A stretch of 64,000 bases of DNA from Leucoraja ocellata (Eukaryota), in NCBI GenBank assembly GCA_036785375.1, contig JAWMAR010000025.1, positions 6,448,001-6,512,000 of the forward strand, written 5' to 3'. Both the position numbers and the translations under genes were made by a program. The notes beneath the pieces were generated by a model. It was not told the DNA's origin. It saw nothing but the letters and a program-made list of their open reading frames with translations, and did not search any database. Below are positions 12,148-23,432 of the stretch, in pieces. Numbering within the stretch: the stretch's first letter is position 1; each line of letters starts with the position of its first letter.

Positions 12148-12858
12148 CAGAGCTGCCAAGTTGTCAGAGCATTTCAGCATTCTAATACCTGAAAATCAGT
12201 ATTTTCCAGTATTTTGGAAATTAGTGTTTTTACACGGTGCCATTTTGCTGGAAAAAAATTGGGTTTTTTTAAATGTGCGATCATACCCATGTCTTCTACA
12301 CACCTTACTTGACTGTGCATTCATTGCCATCTCTTTGTATACTGCCGTTTGAATGGCTGCTTCCTGTTTTTAGCACCAGATTATGCTATTTTGGAAGGCT
12401 CCTTCCCCTTGAGCCCACCACTCTGTAAAATCAAGGCCAATCCCAATATAACTGCAATCCCACTGGTAACCAGCATTCTACCATTCCCTGAAAAATAATC
12501 AAAGGCTCAACCTCCACTGAGAAAGAGAATGCCAAAGGCTCATTGTTATACGATAATTTTCCTGAACAGTCTGTGACCCATAGCGCTGTGGCCTTAGCGC
12601 CATGTTTAAAGCCCATAGCACTGCAGCCGACAGTTTGTTTAAATTTCCACGCGTTAAACCGACAGCGCTATTTAAACCTGGAGCTGGACAGGCAGCGACT
12701 CTGGAGAGAAGGAATGGGTGACGTTTCTTGTCAAGACCCTTCTGATTTAACTGAACTCTGTATTTAAAATCCGTATTTACCAACACAAAATCGCACATCA
12801 GTATTCTTATCGCATTTCCGTACAAAATACCGAAAATCCATACTACTTGGCAGCTCTG
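12148..12858. mobile_element. Non-autonomous DNA transposon with 14-bp perfect TIRs
   Basis: CAGAGCTGCCAAGT (12148-12161) and its reverse complement (12845-12858); subterminal gtatttt/aaaatac repeats; ATA on both flanks. Confidence 0.65.
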
Positions 12859-12969
12859 ATAGTATTGAGGGCAGCTTGATGCCCAGGGAAATTGCAAGCG
12901 CAAGTCTAACACTGCCCAATTTGTTGCGTGATCTCAATCAATGGTTTGATAGTTTCTGGTTTGCAAGGT

Positions 12970-13183
12970 TATTGTACCGCGCATGGTTTATCTTCCCAAC
13001 CACTGTAGACTGAGAATGTCTAGGAATATACACGATGCAGTCCTCACCAGCTTAAAAGCTGGGGGACACTTGCTCTCCAACGTCATGGAATGGGACTGTA
13101 CGTCACAGACCAAAGGTCTACGCTCCCACATGCCACACGGACAGAGCCAGACAAGAATAAACTTGCTGGATGTCCACGTTGGG
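12970..13183 (-). ncRNA. SNORA73: U17/SNORA73 H/ACA snoRNA copy A
   Basis: 5' CCAACGTGGA; closing stem ACGTTGG; H box AGAGCA; m1 ATATTCCTA; m2 AAACCAT; ACA three nt from the 3' end. Confidence 0.93.
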
Positions 13184-13404
13184 TTTCTTTAGTTTAGAGA
13201 TACTCTTATACTAAGGAATAAACATTTCAACAAATCACCTCTTTGCACTGCATCGCCCTGCATTCCTGGCTTTCAGCCGATTCCCCAGTTGAAGATGGAC
13301 ACATCTTTGGTACTGTGCAACACTAAAGCAAAGCAGATCAACAAAATCATCAATCAACCAAAATCAATACCATTCACTCATCTGTATTCCAGACTCAAGG
13401 AAGC

Positions 13405-13621
13405 AATTGTATCCTGCATGGTTTATCTCCTCAGACACTGCAAAGACTGAGAAGGTCTAGGAATATACAGGGTGCTGCCCTCACCAGCCCAGTGACTGGG
13501 GACATGCTTTCTCTCCAATGTCATGGAACAGGACTATACATCATAGACTACAAGTCTATGCTCCTACACGCCATACAGACAGAGCCAGGCAAGAGTAACC
13601 TCGCTGGATGCCCACATTGGA
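13405..13621 (-). ncRNA. SNORA73: U17/SNORA73 H/ACA snoRNA copy B
   Basis: TCCAATGT/ACATTGGA compensated stem; H box AGAGAA; ATATTCCTA; AAACCATGCAGGATACAATT. Confidence 0.93.
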
Positions 13622-15133
13622 ACATTAATGGAGGTGCCAAATCCACTACTGGCCATATTTGCAAGACCATGGCTTTACAAAGAGTAGTTTGCAAATTGGC
13701 ACAGCATACAATTACAAATATAATTGGGACCATGTACAAATAAATGTGTAATATTCTACTTGGATCTTAAATTTGGTGCAGCAACTAATACTCACCATAA
13801 GATCTCAGCTACCTTTGCCAAATTTTCTCTCCTGCAAACAAAAGGCATAATTTAATTTGGCATTCTCCACATCACTCTTACTGAAAAAGCTACAAGCAAA
13901 ACTATGTTTAACTTATTGGCCTGGTTTCTTCAATTATATTCAACTCAACCTTAAATTCTTGTGTTCAAAGACCATAAAGATTTCATGCTCATCAATATTG
14001 AATGAGAATCCCAAAGAAACTAGTAGAAAATTTAGTTTAATAGAAATTAGCCATGAAATTAGTTGACGTTATTTTTGATGACCGTACCCAATAATCCACA
14101 TTATGGGATACTTTTGAGAGGGCTAAAGCCCCAAAATGCAGTGGATAATCTCAAAATTCTTCCATCCAACCAGTAAAACAAGACACTATTTTTACTGCCA
14201 CAAAAGTCACCACGGCATCAATAAAGTGACAATAATAAAGCTTTTTTTTTCAACTGCCCACTCAATAATACAGGTTCACATTAGCCAAAGTAATGGTATG
14301 CTTGGTTTCGAAATCTGATATCATGACGCACACACATAGGAGAACAGCACCTGGTCATCACAGCAGTAAACATTAGATGTTAAAAATTGAACCTCATCAA
14401 CATCATTTAACCAAGCCACTTGTTGACAATCAAATCAAAACAGGTAAGAACCAATAATGTTAGTTCAAAGGGCATGACCTGAAACATCACCTATTCATTT
14501 GTAGGAAAGAATTGCAGATGTCCGAAGAAGGGTTTTGACCCGAAACATTGCCATTTCCTTCACTCCATAAATGCTGCCTCACTCGCTGAGTTTCTCCAGC
14601 ATTTTTGTCTACCTTCAATTTTCCAGCATCTGCAGTTTCTTCTTAAACAAAGAACTGCAGATGCTGGTTTAAATAAAAGATAGACACAAAATGCTGGAGT
14701 AACTCAGCAGGAGAGAAAGCATCTAAGGAGAGAAGAAATGGGCGAGGTTTTGGGTCGAGACCCTTCTTCAGACATCACCTATTTATGTTCTCCACAGATG
14801 CTGCCAGATCAGTTACTTCAGCACTATCTTTTCACCCCCCCATCGATATCTGTTCAAGAGCAGTCTCTTTTAAGATACATATACAATTGTAGAAAACTAC
14901 AACATAATCCATCAAGATCTTTGAAAAGAGATTGCCCATTGTTGATCATGCTGATTTAATCACTACCCAATGTTTGAGACTAACAAAATATGTAACACTA
15001 CAGTTGCAAAAGTAGGATCTGAAAGCAAAAAGCTGCAGATGCTAGAAATCAAAACAGAAAATGCCCAAAGCACTTGACATCCTGATCAAAGGTCATCAGG
15101 CTAAAATGCCAAATGATTCATCAGATGTTATAG

Positions 15134-15341
15134 GTATGTACCCTGTATGGTTTATCTTCCCAGTCACAGCAGACAGGGTAGGTCTAGGAATATACAGGAT
15201 GCAGTCCTCACCAGCTCAAAGCCAGGGACATGGTTGCTCTCCAACGACATGGAACGGGACTGTACGTCATAGACCAAAGTCTACGCTCCCATACACCACA
15301 CGGACAGTGCCAAACAGGGGCTGCTGGATGTCCACGTTGGG
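15134..15341 (-). ncRNA. SNORA73: U17/SNORA73 H/ACA snoRNA copy C
   Basis: CCAACGTGGA start; H box AGAGCA; CCTGTATATTCCTA...AAACCATACAGGGTACATAC. Confidence 0.92.
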
Positions 15342-15610
15342 GGGGGGGGGGGGGGGGGGGGGGATGCTCATTTATTTTTTTATTTTTTTTTAAATAAAGA
15401 GATTCGCCAGCTCCTCACCTGAAATATGTCTGTTCTCACAGTCCCGACTTGCAATCTTCACCCACATTGGACATGTATAGAATTCAGTCTCCCTGGAGAA
15501 GAAACGCATTAAAACAAATCAGAATAAGCCATCAACCTTCCTGGAGTATTAGCATTTTCCACCCCATTCTCAATCTCACCCACAAATTTTCAATCATTTC
15601 CCCCAATCAA

Positions 15611-16030
15611 GTAGACCACAGAAGGTTCACCTTCTTGGTCACTGCAGATACTATGGTGCCTCAGGAATATCTAGGGTGCTACCCATACCAGTCTAAGTCA
15701 ACTCTCATTTCCCAAAGCATACACAGATGATGCAAGGTACACAAAAATGCTGGAGAAACTCATCAGGTGCAGCAGCATCTATGGAGCGAAGGAGATAGGC
15801 AACATTTCAGGCAGAAGCCCATCTTCAGAAACGTTGCCTATCTCCCCCGCGCCATAGTTGCTGCTGCACCTGCTGAGTTTCTCCAGCATTTTTGTGTATC
15901 TTCGATTTTCCAGCATCTGCAGTTCCTTCTTAAACACAGATGATGTAACTTCATTTCACAAAAAACTGACGCAGTTCATGTTGCAAGGACACAACAACAC
16001 AGGGGTCACCTGTACTAAGCTTGTCTTGCA
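15611..16030 (-). pseudogene. Decayed U17 copy interrupted by a Penelope-derived insertion
   Basis: ggttcaccttcttggtcactgcaga...aggaatatctagggtgctaccc aligns to copies B/C; m2 and ACA mutated; insertion 15733-15933 flanked by ACACAGATGATG duplication. Confidence 0.65.
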
Positions 16031-17469
16031 CAAAGTAAAGAAAATAGTGCAGGCACTTCACACCAAAGACAGCTAGAATGTGCACAATTACACAAGCACT
16101 TTTATAAATAACTAAGTGTTCACTTTCCTTAATTCACATCAAATATCTGAACCAATTACCTTAAGACATTCAGCGACATTTATCCAGTTATTCATGTAGC
16201 CCCATCTGATACGTGTCCAATGGATAGTTATGAACATCATGGAACTTTCACCTGTTAATGAAAATCTATACATAAATCAAATAAATTTGTTACCTTGAAA
16301 AAGCATTAAATTGATAAAAATTAAACATTTACCTCCATAAGTACTGCAGCTCGTCTCGGGAATCGATTCCCATGTCCACTAGATGATGCCATTGTACTGT
16401 GGAAAGTAACAAGTGCAGTTGATTAATTTACAATATTACCATTTTGCCATCAGCCCCAGTACATGTTTTAATTTAAACAGTCTCAAACACAGCATTTTAG
16501 CCAATGCAAAAACTTAATATTTACTGCATCAGAAAGACCATTGCACATGTCCACAGGTCACATCATAACTCTTAACCCAAGTATCTTTTGATTATGCACC
16601 GCATCTCATTCTGTATCTACTCCTTGCATGTACAACTACCTGAACAGATCCCAAGCCATATTCGAAAACTAATAAGGCTATCCAAAATATTAATATAGTC
16701 CCACTTGCAGACTTAACCTCCATTATGATCCAAATTAGAATTTGCCTCTTTAATGACACATGCAGTGGTTCCTCTCAGGAAAAGAAAAGCAAGATGTGCT
16801 ATAGATAATATATATTATATCTCAAGGTTCATGATGCAATAAATGCAGGGAATACATCCTGGTCCCATTGATGATGGGAAAGGACATAAAACTAGAAGCC
16901 ATTGATGTAAAACAAGCATTAGAAATACGAGTTAAAAGGCAGCCATTCAGGCTGGAAAACAAGGATTGGAAACACGAGGTCAGGAGCCAGATGGAAACAA
17001 ATAACTTAAATCGCAGGAAACAAATTGCCAGGGTCCATATTTTAGTCGTGATCATATAATGAGAGGCAAGACCTTTGTACACCAGACCATGCTCTCCATT
17101 AAACACGTTTACACTAATTGCCTGTATCCCCATCCTCTCCCGCATCCCCCGCTCTTCACACACATGGAGTGATTTATGACGACAAATTACAGGTCAGTGT
17201 GGGGGTTTGCTCAGTGAGTTGTTCGTATCAGAGGCCGGATGAAGCCGCACACTGACCTCCCGGGAGGCAGACAGTCCCTAGAGCCCCACGGCAGCCGGCA
17301 AACCCCACCCCGCCGGACCCTATGCGGGGACTGGCCGCAACGCTGGCGCTCGTAACCCGAGGGAGAGCCATAATCTGTCGGCCGGGCACGGGAGAAAGAA
17401 ACTCCCCCAATCACAAGAATAATAACTCCAAACCCGAGATCTATTACTTCATCCACTCACTTTAGAACC

Positions 17470-17647
17470 AGGGACAATTTACGGAGGTCAATTATCGTAA
17501 AAAAAATCCGCTGTTCCTCATGCAAAATTAGCGTCTTTTGCAGTGTGGGATGGAACAGGAGAAAACCAACAGGTCACGGGGAGAACGTACAAACTCCGGA
17601 CAGACTGTACCCGTGGTCGGGATCGAACCCGGGTCCCTGGCGCTGAG
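17470..17647 (-). mobile_element. V-SINE (HE1-like) fragment
   Basis: cgggttcgatcccgaccacgg box B and gagtttgtacgttctccccgtgacc on the minus strand. Confidence 0.8.
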
Positions 17648-17789
17648 AATTCCTCAAATTCACAATGAAAACGTTTTTCCTCATCTCAGTTCTGAATGGG
17701 CTACACGGTATTCCTAATCCCGTAATAATTGTATACGTTTCTATTAGATCCCCTCTTATCCGTTAAAATTCTAGTAAATAGAAGTTCAC

Positions 17790-18500
17790 CCACACACCGC
17801 TACTCCCGGGGCCTCCACACACACGCCCCGCTCCCGGGGCCTACACACACACCTCCGCTCCCGGGGCCTACACACACACCTCCGCTCCCGGGGCCTACAC
17901 ACACACCGCTACTCCCGGGGCCTACACACACACCGCCGCTCCCGGGGCCTACACACACACCGCCGCTCCCGGGGCCTACACACACGCCGCTGCTCCCAGG
18001 GCCTACACACACGCCGCCGCTCCCGGGGCCTCCACACACGCCGCCGCTCCCGGGGCCTACACACACACACACCGCTACTCCCGGGGCCTCCACACACACC
18101 GCCGCTCCCGGGGCCTACACACACACACGCCGCTGCTCCCAGGGCCTACACACACACGCCGCCGCTCCCGGGGCCTACACACGCCCCGGTCCCTGGGCCT
18201 ACACACACGCCGCCGCTCCCGGGGCCCACACACACACACACACCACTACTCCCGGGGCCTCCACACACACCGCCGCTCCCGGGGCCTCCACACACACCTC
18301 CGCTCCCGGGGCCTCCACACACACCGCTACTCCCGGGGCCTCCACACACACCTCCGCTCCCGGGGCCTACACACACGCCGCCGCTACTCCCGGGGCCGAC
18401 ACACCACTACTCCCAGGCCGCGTTGAGGGCCTCCTCACGCCGCTACTCCCAGGCCGCGTTGAGGGCCTCCTCACGCCGCTACTCCCGGGGCCTACACGTG
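17790..18500. repeat. GC-rich minisatellite (about 24-28 bp unit ccgctcccggggcct(a/c)cacacaca)
   Basis: More than 20 visible tandem units with variable (CA)n spacer. Confidence 0.95.
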
Positions 18501-18875
18501 CCGCTGCTCACCTGCCCGATGACTTTTCCCCCCAATGTATCGGGCCACTGTTTAATGAACTAAGTTCATTGGGGAACAGAATATATACAACAGAACATAA
18601 TTAAATGTCCGATAGTAATATTTCACACTGTATCTTGTATCATGTACAATCACATCAAATGAAGGTCTGGAAACCGTCAAAGTATAATATTATAATTTGC
18701 CTAGACCCATGTCCTCTGGGGTGGGAATTCCGAGTTCGGTTAGCGTGGGCCTGAGTTCTTGAATAACGTACGGATAGATCTTTGTGAGGTCCGGCTTTAT
18801 CCTTCACTGCTTCGAGGATACCTCACCTGCTGGATGACGCTTCACTCCCGCCCTTCCCTCCCTCACTCGGCGGCT

Positions 18876-18913
18876 GCAAGAGACCGCGCACTCCCCTCAC
18901 ACGCCCTTTTATA
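18876..18913 (-). promoter_or_regulatory. TATA box plus TCT/5'TOP-like initiator of the snoRNA host gene
   Basis: TATAAAAG at 18913-18906, 31 nt upstream of the C in tCTCTT (18882); CpG-rich context; exon ends cagcag|GTGAGG at 18827. Confidence 0.8.
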
Positions 18914-19111
18914 GGGCAGCCGCCGACGAGCGCTCCCTCCCCCCGCGGAGAGAGAGAAGACCCATCCACCGCCTCCTCCCGCTGCAGTGCCGCGGACAGG
19001 CCGAGAGACGCAACGCTTCACAAACCCGAGTTAGACACAAATTGCTGGAGTAAGTCAGCCGGTCAGGCAGCATCTCTGGAGTTAAGGAATGGGTGACGTT
19101 TCGGGTCGAGA

Positions 19112-19300
19112 GACACCATCCTGGCCACACACTCATCTCCCTGCTACCTTCAGGTAGAAGGTACAGGAGCCTGAAGACTGCAACAACCAGGTTCAGGAAT
19201 AGCTACTTCCCCACAGCCATCAGGCTATTAAACCTGGCTCGGACAAAACTCTGATTATTAATAACAATTTTCTGTTATTTGCACTTTATCAGTTTATGTA
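19112..19300 (+). mobile_element. Rex1/Babar LINE 3' fragment
   Basis: Translates HPGHTLISLLPSGRRYRSLKTATTRFRNSYFPTAIRLLN. Confidence 0.8.
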
Positions 19301-19640
19301 TTCATAATAATAATAATAAATTTTATTTATGGGCGCCTTTCAAGAATCTCAAGGACACCTTACAAAAATTTAGCAGGTAGAGGAAAAACATGTAAGGGGA
19401 AGTTGTGTATATATTTATATCATGGTATATGGACATACTGATCTGTTTTGTAGTAAATGCCTACTAAGTTCTGTGTGCTGAAGCAAAGCAAGAATTTCAT
19501 TGTCCTATCAGGGACACATGACAATAAACTCACTTGAACTTGAACTTCAGACTAAGAGTTCTTGGTTTCTTGGTCCTCCAAAATATTCCAAATGGAATTT
19601 AAACTGGAGGTGGTGAAGGGAGGGCTTAAGCCAGAAAGGG

Positions 19641-19880
19641 TTATTGGGGAGAAAGAGTTACTTTAAATTTAGTTGCATCTGGTTGGGTAACTATAGTAGG
19701 GTGGAGATTATTCCATGCTTTAATTGTGCGGGGGAAGAACGAATTGCTGTACACATCTGTCTTTGTAGCTGGGATCACAAATTGGATCGAATGCCCTCGT
19801 CTGCTCCTAATTGGTTTGGGGTTGGTGTAGGTCTTGTAATCTATGTCGAGCTGACCATTTAACATTTTGTCAGGGGACAT
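19641..19880 (-). mobile_element. CR1/L2-group LINE C-terminal fragment
   Basis: RSRRGHS...SFFPRTIKAWNNL motif. Confidence 0.7.
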
Positions 19881-20927
19881 TGGATGGTGACTGCTGGATC
19901 TCAGAGAGAATCTGGTGCCTTAAATGTCATAAAGTCATTGAGTCATAAAGCATGGAAACAGGCCCTTCGGCCCAACTTGTCCACACAGGCCACCATGTCC
20001 CATCTACACCAGTCTCACCTGCCTTGCGCTTAGCTCTTATATCGCTCTAGACCTGTCCTACCCATATACCTGTTTAATTGTTTAAACGTTTGCGATATCT
20101 GCTTCCACTACCTCCTCCGGCAGTTCGTCCCATACACTCAACACCCTTTCTGTGAATAATGTACCCCTCAGATTTCTATTAAATCTTTTCTCCATCACTT
20201 TAAACCTGTGTTCTCTGGTCCTCGATTCCCTTACTCTGGGCTAGAAGCTGTGCATCTCCTCGATCTATTCCTCTCATGATTGTGTACACCTTCCGCTCCA
20301 AGGAATATAGCCTTAGCGTACTCAACCTCTCTCTATAGCTCATACCCTCGGGTCCTGGCAACCCATGTAAGGTGTCCCATCCTTACTCATAAAGGCAAAT
20401 GGAGATTATTCCATCACATCTGTTAAAAGGGCTTGGGATATTTGGAGGTAAGTCATTCGCCACAGGATATCCAGTCTCTGAACTTCTCTTAGCAGTGGGA
20501 GATTACAACCTTCATGTGGTCCGCCCTGTTTCAACGAATGCAATCAACCTGGTGTGCACAATCAAATAGAACAAGTTGTCCCACAACTTTAGGCTGTGCA
20601 CGCCATACACAAGAAGAACTTCTCTTCATCTGTCTGTGGAATTCTCTGCCTCAGAGGGCAGTGGAGGCAGGTTCTCTGGATGCTTTCAAGAGAGAGCTAG
20701 ATAGGGCTCTTAAAAATAGCAGAGTTAGGGGACATGGGGAAAAGGCAGGAACAGGGTACTGATTGTGGATGATCAGCCATGATCACATTGAATGGCTCGT
20801 AGGGCCAAATGGCCTACTCCTGCACCCATTGTCTATTTGGCTAGTCCATATGAGTTTTGGATGTTGAAACTGGTGATTCTAAAGCCATTGAATTCAAGCA
20901 TGTGTGAATAGACACTCTGATGGAGGT

Positions 20928-21284
20928 AGAAACATAGACATAGAAACATCGAAAATAGGTGCAGGAGTAGGCCATTCGGCCCGTCGAGCCTGCACCACCA
21001 TTCAATATGATCATGGCTGATCATCCAACTCAGTATCCTGTACCTGCCTTCTCTACATACCCCCTGATCCCTTTAGCCACAAGGGCCACGTCTAACTCCC
21101 TCTTAAATATAGCCAATGAACTATGTGACCTCAACTACCTTCTGTGGCAGAGAATTCCAGAGATTCACCACTCTCTGTGTGAAAAAAGTTCTTCTCATCT
21201 CAGTTTTAAAGGATTTCCCCCTTATCCTTAAGCTGTGACCCCCTCGTCCTGGACTTCCCTAACATCGGGAACAATCTTCCTGCA
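20928..21284 (-). mobile_element. CR1/HER1-like 3' end
   Basis: (ttctatgt)-type tail and 3' UTR nearly identical to the copy at 45745-46225. Confidence 0.9.
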
Positions 21285-22852
21285 GAAGTTGGGGGTTTAT
21301 CATTACCTAACTTTATATATTACTACTGGGCAGTGCATATTAAGAACATAATATACTGGCTGGATAGTTCCACTCAGCAGTTGGAGTGGATAAGAATGGA
21401 GAAAGAGGAGTGCTATCCGCACGATATAGGAACGATCCTGCTCTCACCGATAAAATTGAATAGTACAATATATAAGAAGAACCCAATTATTCACAATATA
21501 ATAAGAATTTGGAAACAAATAAAAGTATCCTTGAAATTAAATAATTTATCAGTACTAACCCCACTATTGAACAACCCCGCATTCAAACCTTCTCTCATCG
21601 ACAACACATATCAACAATGGGATAGACTGGGGATTAGGAAAGTAGGGGATATGTATGAAGTGGGCAAACTGTTATCATTTCAACAATTAAAATTAAAATT
21701 TAAATTGAAGGATAATCAATATTTTAAATATATACAGGTATGTGACTTTATGAAGAAATATACACATAGATTTCAAACTATATTTTTAGATCCTTTAGAA
21801 GAAGCAATGAATATTAAGGCTGATTCACAAAAATTAATATCATACTTTTATAATAATATATTAAATAGAGAATCACCCTCAACAGAAGCATTAAGGGAAG
21901 ATTGGGAACAAGAGCTAATGATAAAGATCTCGAAGGATAAATGGGAAAAGTATTTGATGAATACACATAACTGTTCTATTAATGCAAGACATAATTTAAT
22001 TCAATTCAAATTATTACATAGACTATATTATTCAAAAACGTGGTTGAATAAATTTTATCCAAACGTCTCTCCCAGATGCGATAAATGTTTGTTTCAAAAC
22101 GCTAATATAACACACTCATTTGTAGGATGTACAAAGTTGAATAAATTTTGGAGTGATATATTTGATATATTTACAAAGATTTTCAAGTCAAGAATAGAAC
22201 CCAAAACGGAATGGATTATATTTGGAATAATAGGAGAAGATACCAATTTAAATAAAGATCAAAATGTTTTTTTTAATTATGGGTTAATAATTGGAAAGAA
22301 ATTGATACTTAAATTTTGGAAAAATACAACCACACCAACTGTTAAAATGTGGATTAGGAATATGATGGACATAGCACGCCTTGAAGAAATGAGACTCCGA
22401 CTAATAGATAAATATGACCAATTCTTAAGGAGTTGGTCTCCTTTCATCGACTTTTTGGAATCATGTGATGCAGCGGTACCGTAAGGATTGCTGATTTCAG
22501 TTCATGACGCGGATAGATCTACATCTCCGAATACAGATTTGAAAAATTCTCTTTTAAGGGGCCTTCTCTTCTATTTCTACTTTCCACTTTCTCTCTTCCT
22601 TTTTTTATTTTTTATATACACACTTCACGTTTTTCTATTCTCTACCATCTATTCTTCCACTTTTTCCCCTTTCTATTGTTTTCTTTTTCTTGTCCTGCTT
22701 ACTTCCTTCTTATAACATAAAACTAGAGGTTGTACATAGAATGGATTACGGTATTACATAGTTGGCACCTAAAATTAGGTGCCACTGTACTGTTTTGTGC
22801 TGTATTAACTTCCTATAAAATAAACAAAAAAAACAAAAAAAACAAAAAAAAA
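21285..22852 (+). mobile_element. 5'-truncated L1-clade LINE: ORF2 C-terminus, T-rich 3' UTR, poly(A)
   Basis: Uninterrupted frame GGLSLPNFIYYYWA...FKLLHRLYYS...CDKC...H.F.GC zinc knuckle, stop at 22484; AATAAA and A-rich tail at 22818-22852. Confidence 0.92.
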
Positions 22853-23432
22853 TATAGCCAATGAACTGGCATCAACTACCTTCTGTGGCAGAGAATTCCA
22901 GAGATTCACCGCTCTCTGTGTGAAAAATGTTTTCCTCATCTCGGTCCTAAAAGATTTCCCCCTTATCCTTAAACTGTGACTCCTTGTTCTGGACTTCCCC
23001 AACATCGGGAACAATCTTCCTGCATCTAGCCTGCCCAACCCCTTAAGAATTTTGTAATTTTCTATAAGATCCCCCCTCAATCTTCTAAATTCTAGCGAGT
23101 ACAAACCGAGTCTATCCAGTCTTTCTTCATATGAAAGTCCTGACATCCCAGGAATCAGTCTGGTGAACCTTCTCTGTACTCCCTCTATAGCAGGAATGTC
23201 TTTCCTCAGATTAGGAGACCAAAACTGTACGCAATACTCCAGGTGTGGTCTCACCAAGACCCTGTACAACTGCAGTAGAACCTCCCTGCTCCTATACTCA
23301 AATCCTTTTGCTATGAATGCTAACATACCATTCGCCTTCTTCACTGCCTGCTGCACCTGCATGCCTACTTTTAATGACTGGTGTACCATGACACCCAGGT
23401 CTCGTTGCATCTCCCCCTTTCCTAATCGGCCT
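22851..23432 (-). mobile_element. CR1/HER1-like LINE fragment
   Basis: ORF 22805-23410 QRDLGV...LVRPHLEYCVQFWSP...LWNSLP. Confidence 0.92.

Larger units (their letters stand above)
10854..18882 (-). ncRNA. SNHG3: U17/SNORA73 snoRNA host gene (SNHG3/U17HG-like), spliced lncRNA
   Basis: TATA plus TCT start; short AG/GT-bounded exons at 18827-18882, 18512-18547, 16333-16396, 16160-16251, 15419-15492, 13796-13831, 13239-13312/13322; one U17 per intron; no long ORF; last exon (acceptor near 11907) and AATAAA at 10854-10859 are tentative. Confidence 0.75.

Noticed and set aside
15339-15363. Poly-G run abutting U17 copy C
   Set aside because: Homopolymer length is unreliable and similar runs occur elsewhere in the window; no functional evidence.
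16168-16242. C/D snoRNA-like ATGATGT...CTGA
   Set aside because: Imperfect C box, weak terminal stem, and tightly bounded by AG/GT signals, so better explained as an exon.
17215-17410. RNase MRP RNA or telomerase RNA (the + strand gttcgt..aggcc..cacactga resembles the RMRP 5' end)
   Set aside because: No proper GAAAGUCCCC/GGGGCU P4 spacing and no Pol III terminator; no CUAACCCU template for TERC.
17729-18604. 291-aa Pro/Thr-rich ORF, or a CRISPR-like array
   Set aside because: Translation of a minisatellite; units abut with only (CA)n variation and have no unique spacers; eukaryotic context.
18600-18760. H/ACA candidate in the first host intron
   Set aside because: An ACA and ANANNA are present but the AT-rich stems are too weak to support a call.
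21333-22484. 383-aa ORF as a host gene
   Set aside because: It is the C-terminus of L1 ORF2, 5'-truncated and followed by a poly(A) tail.
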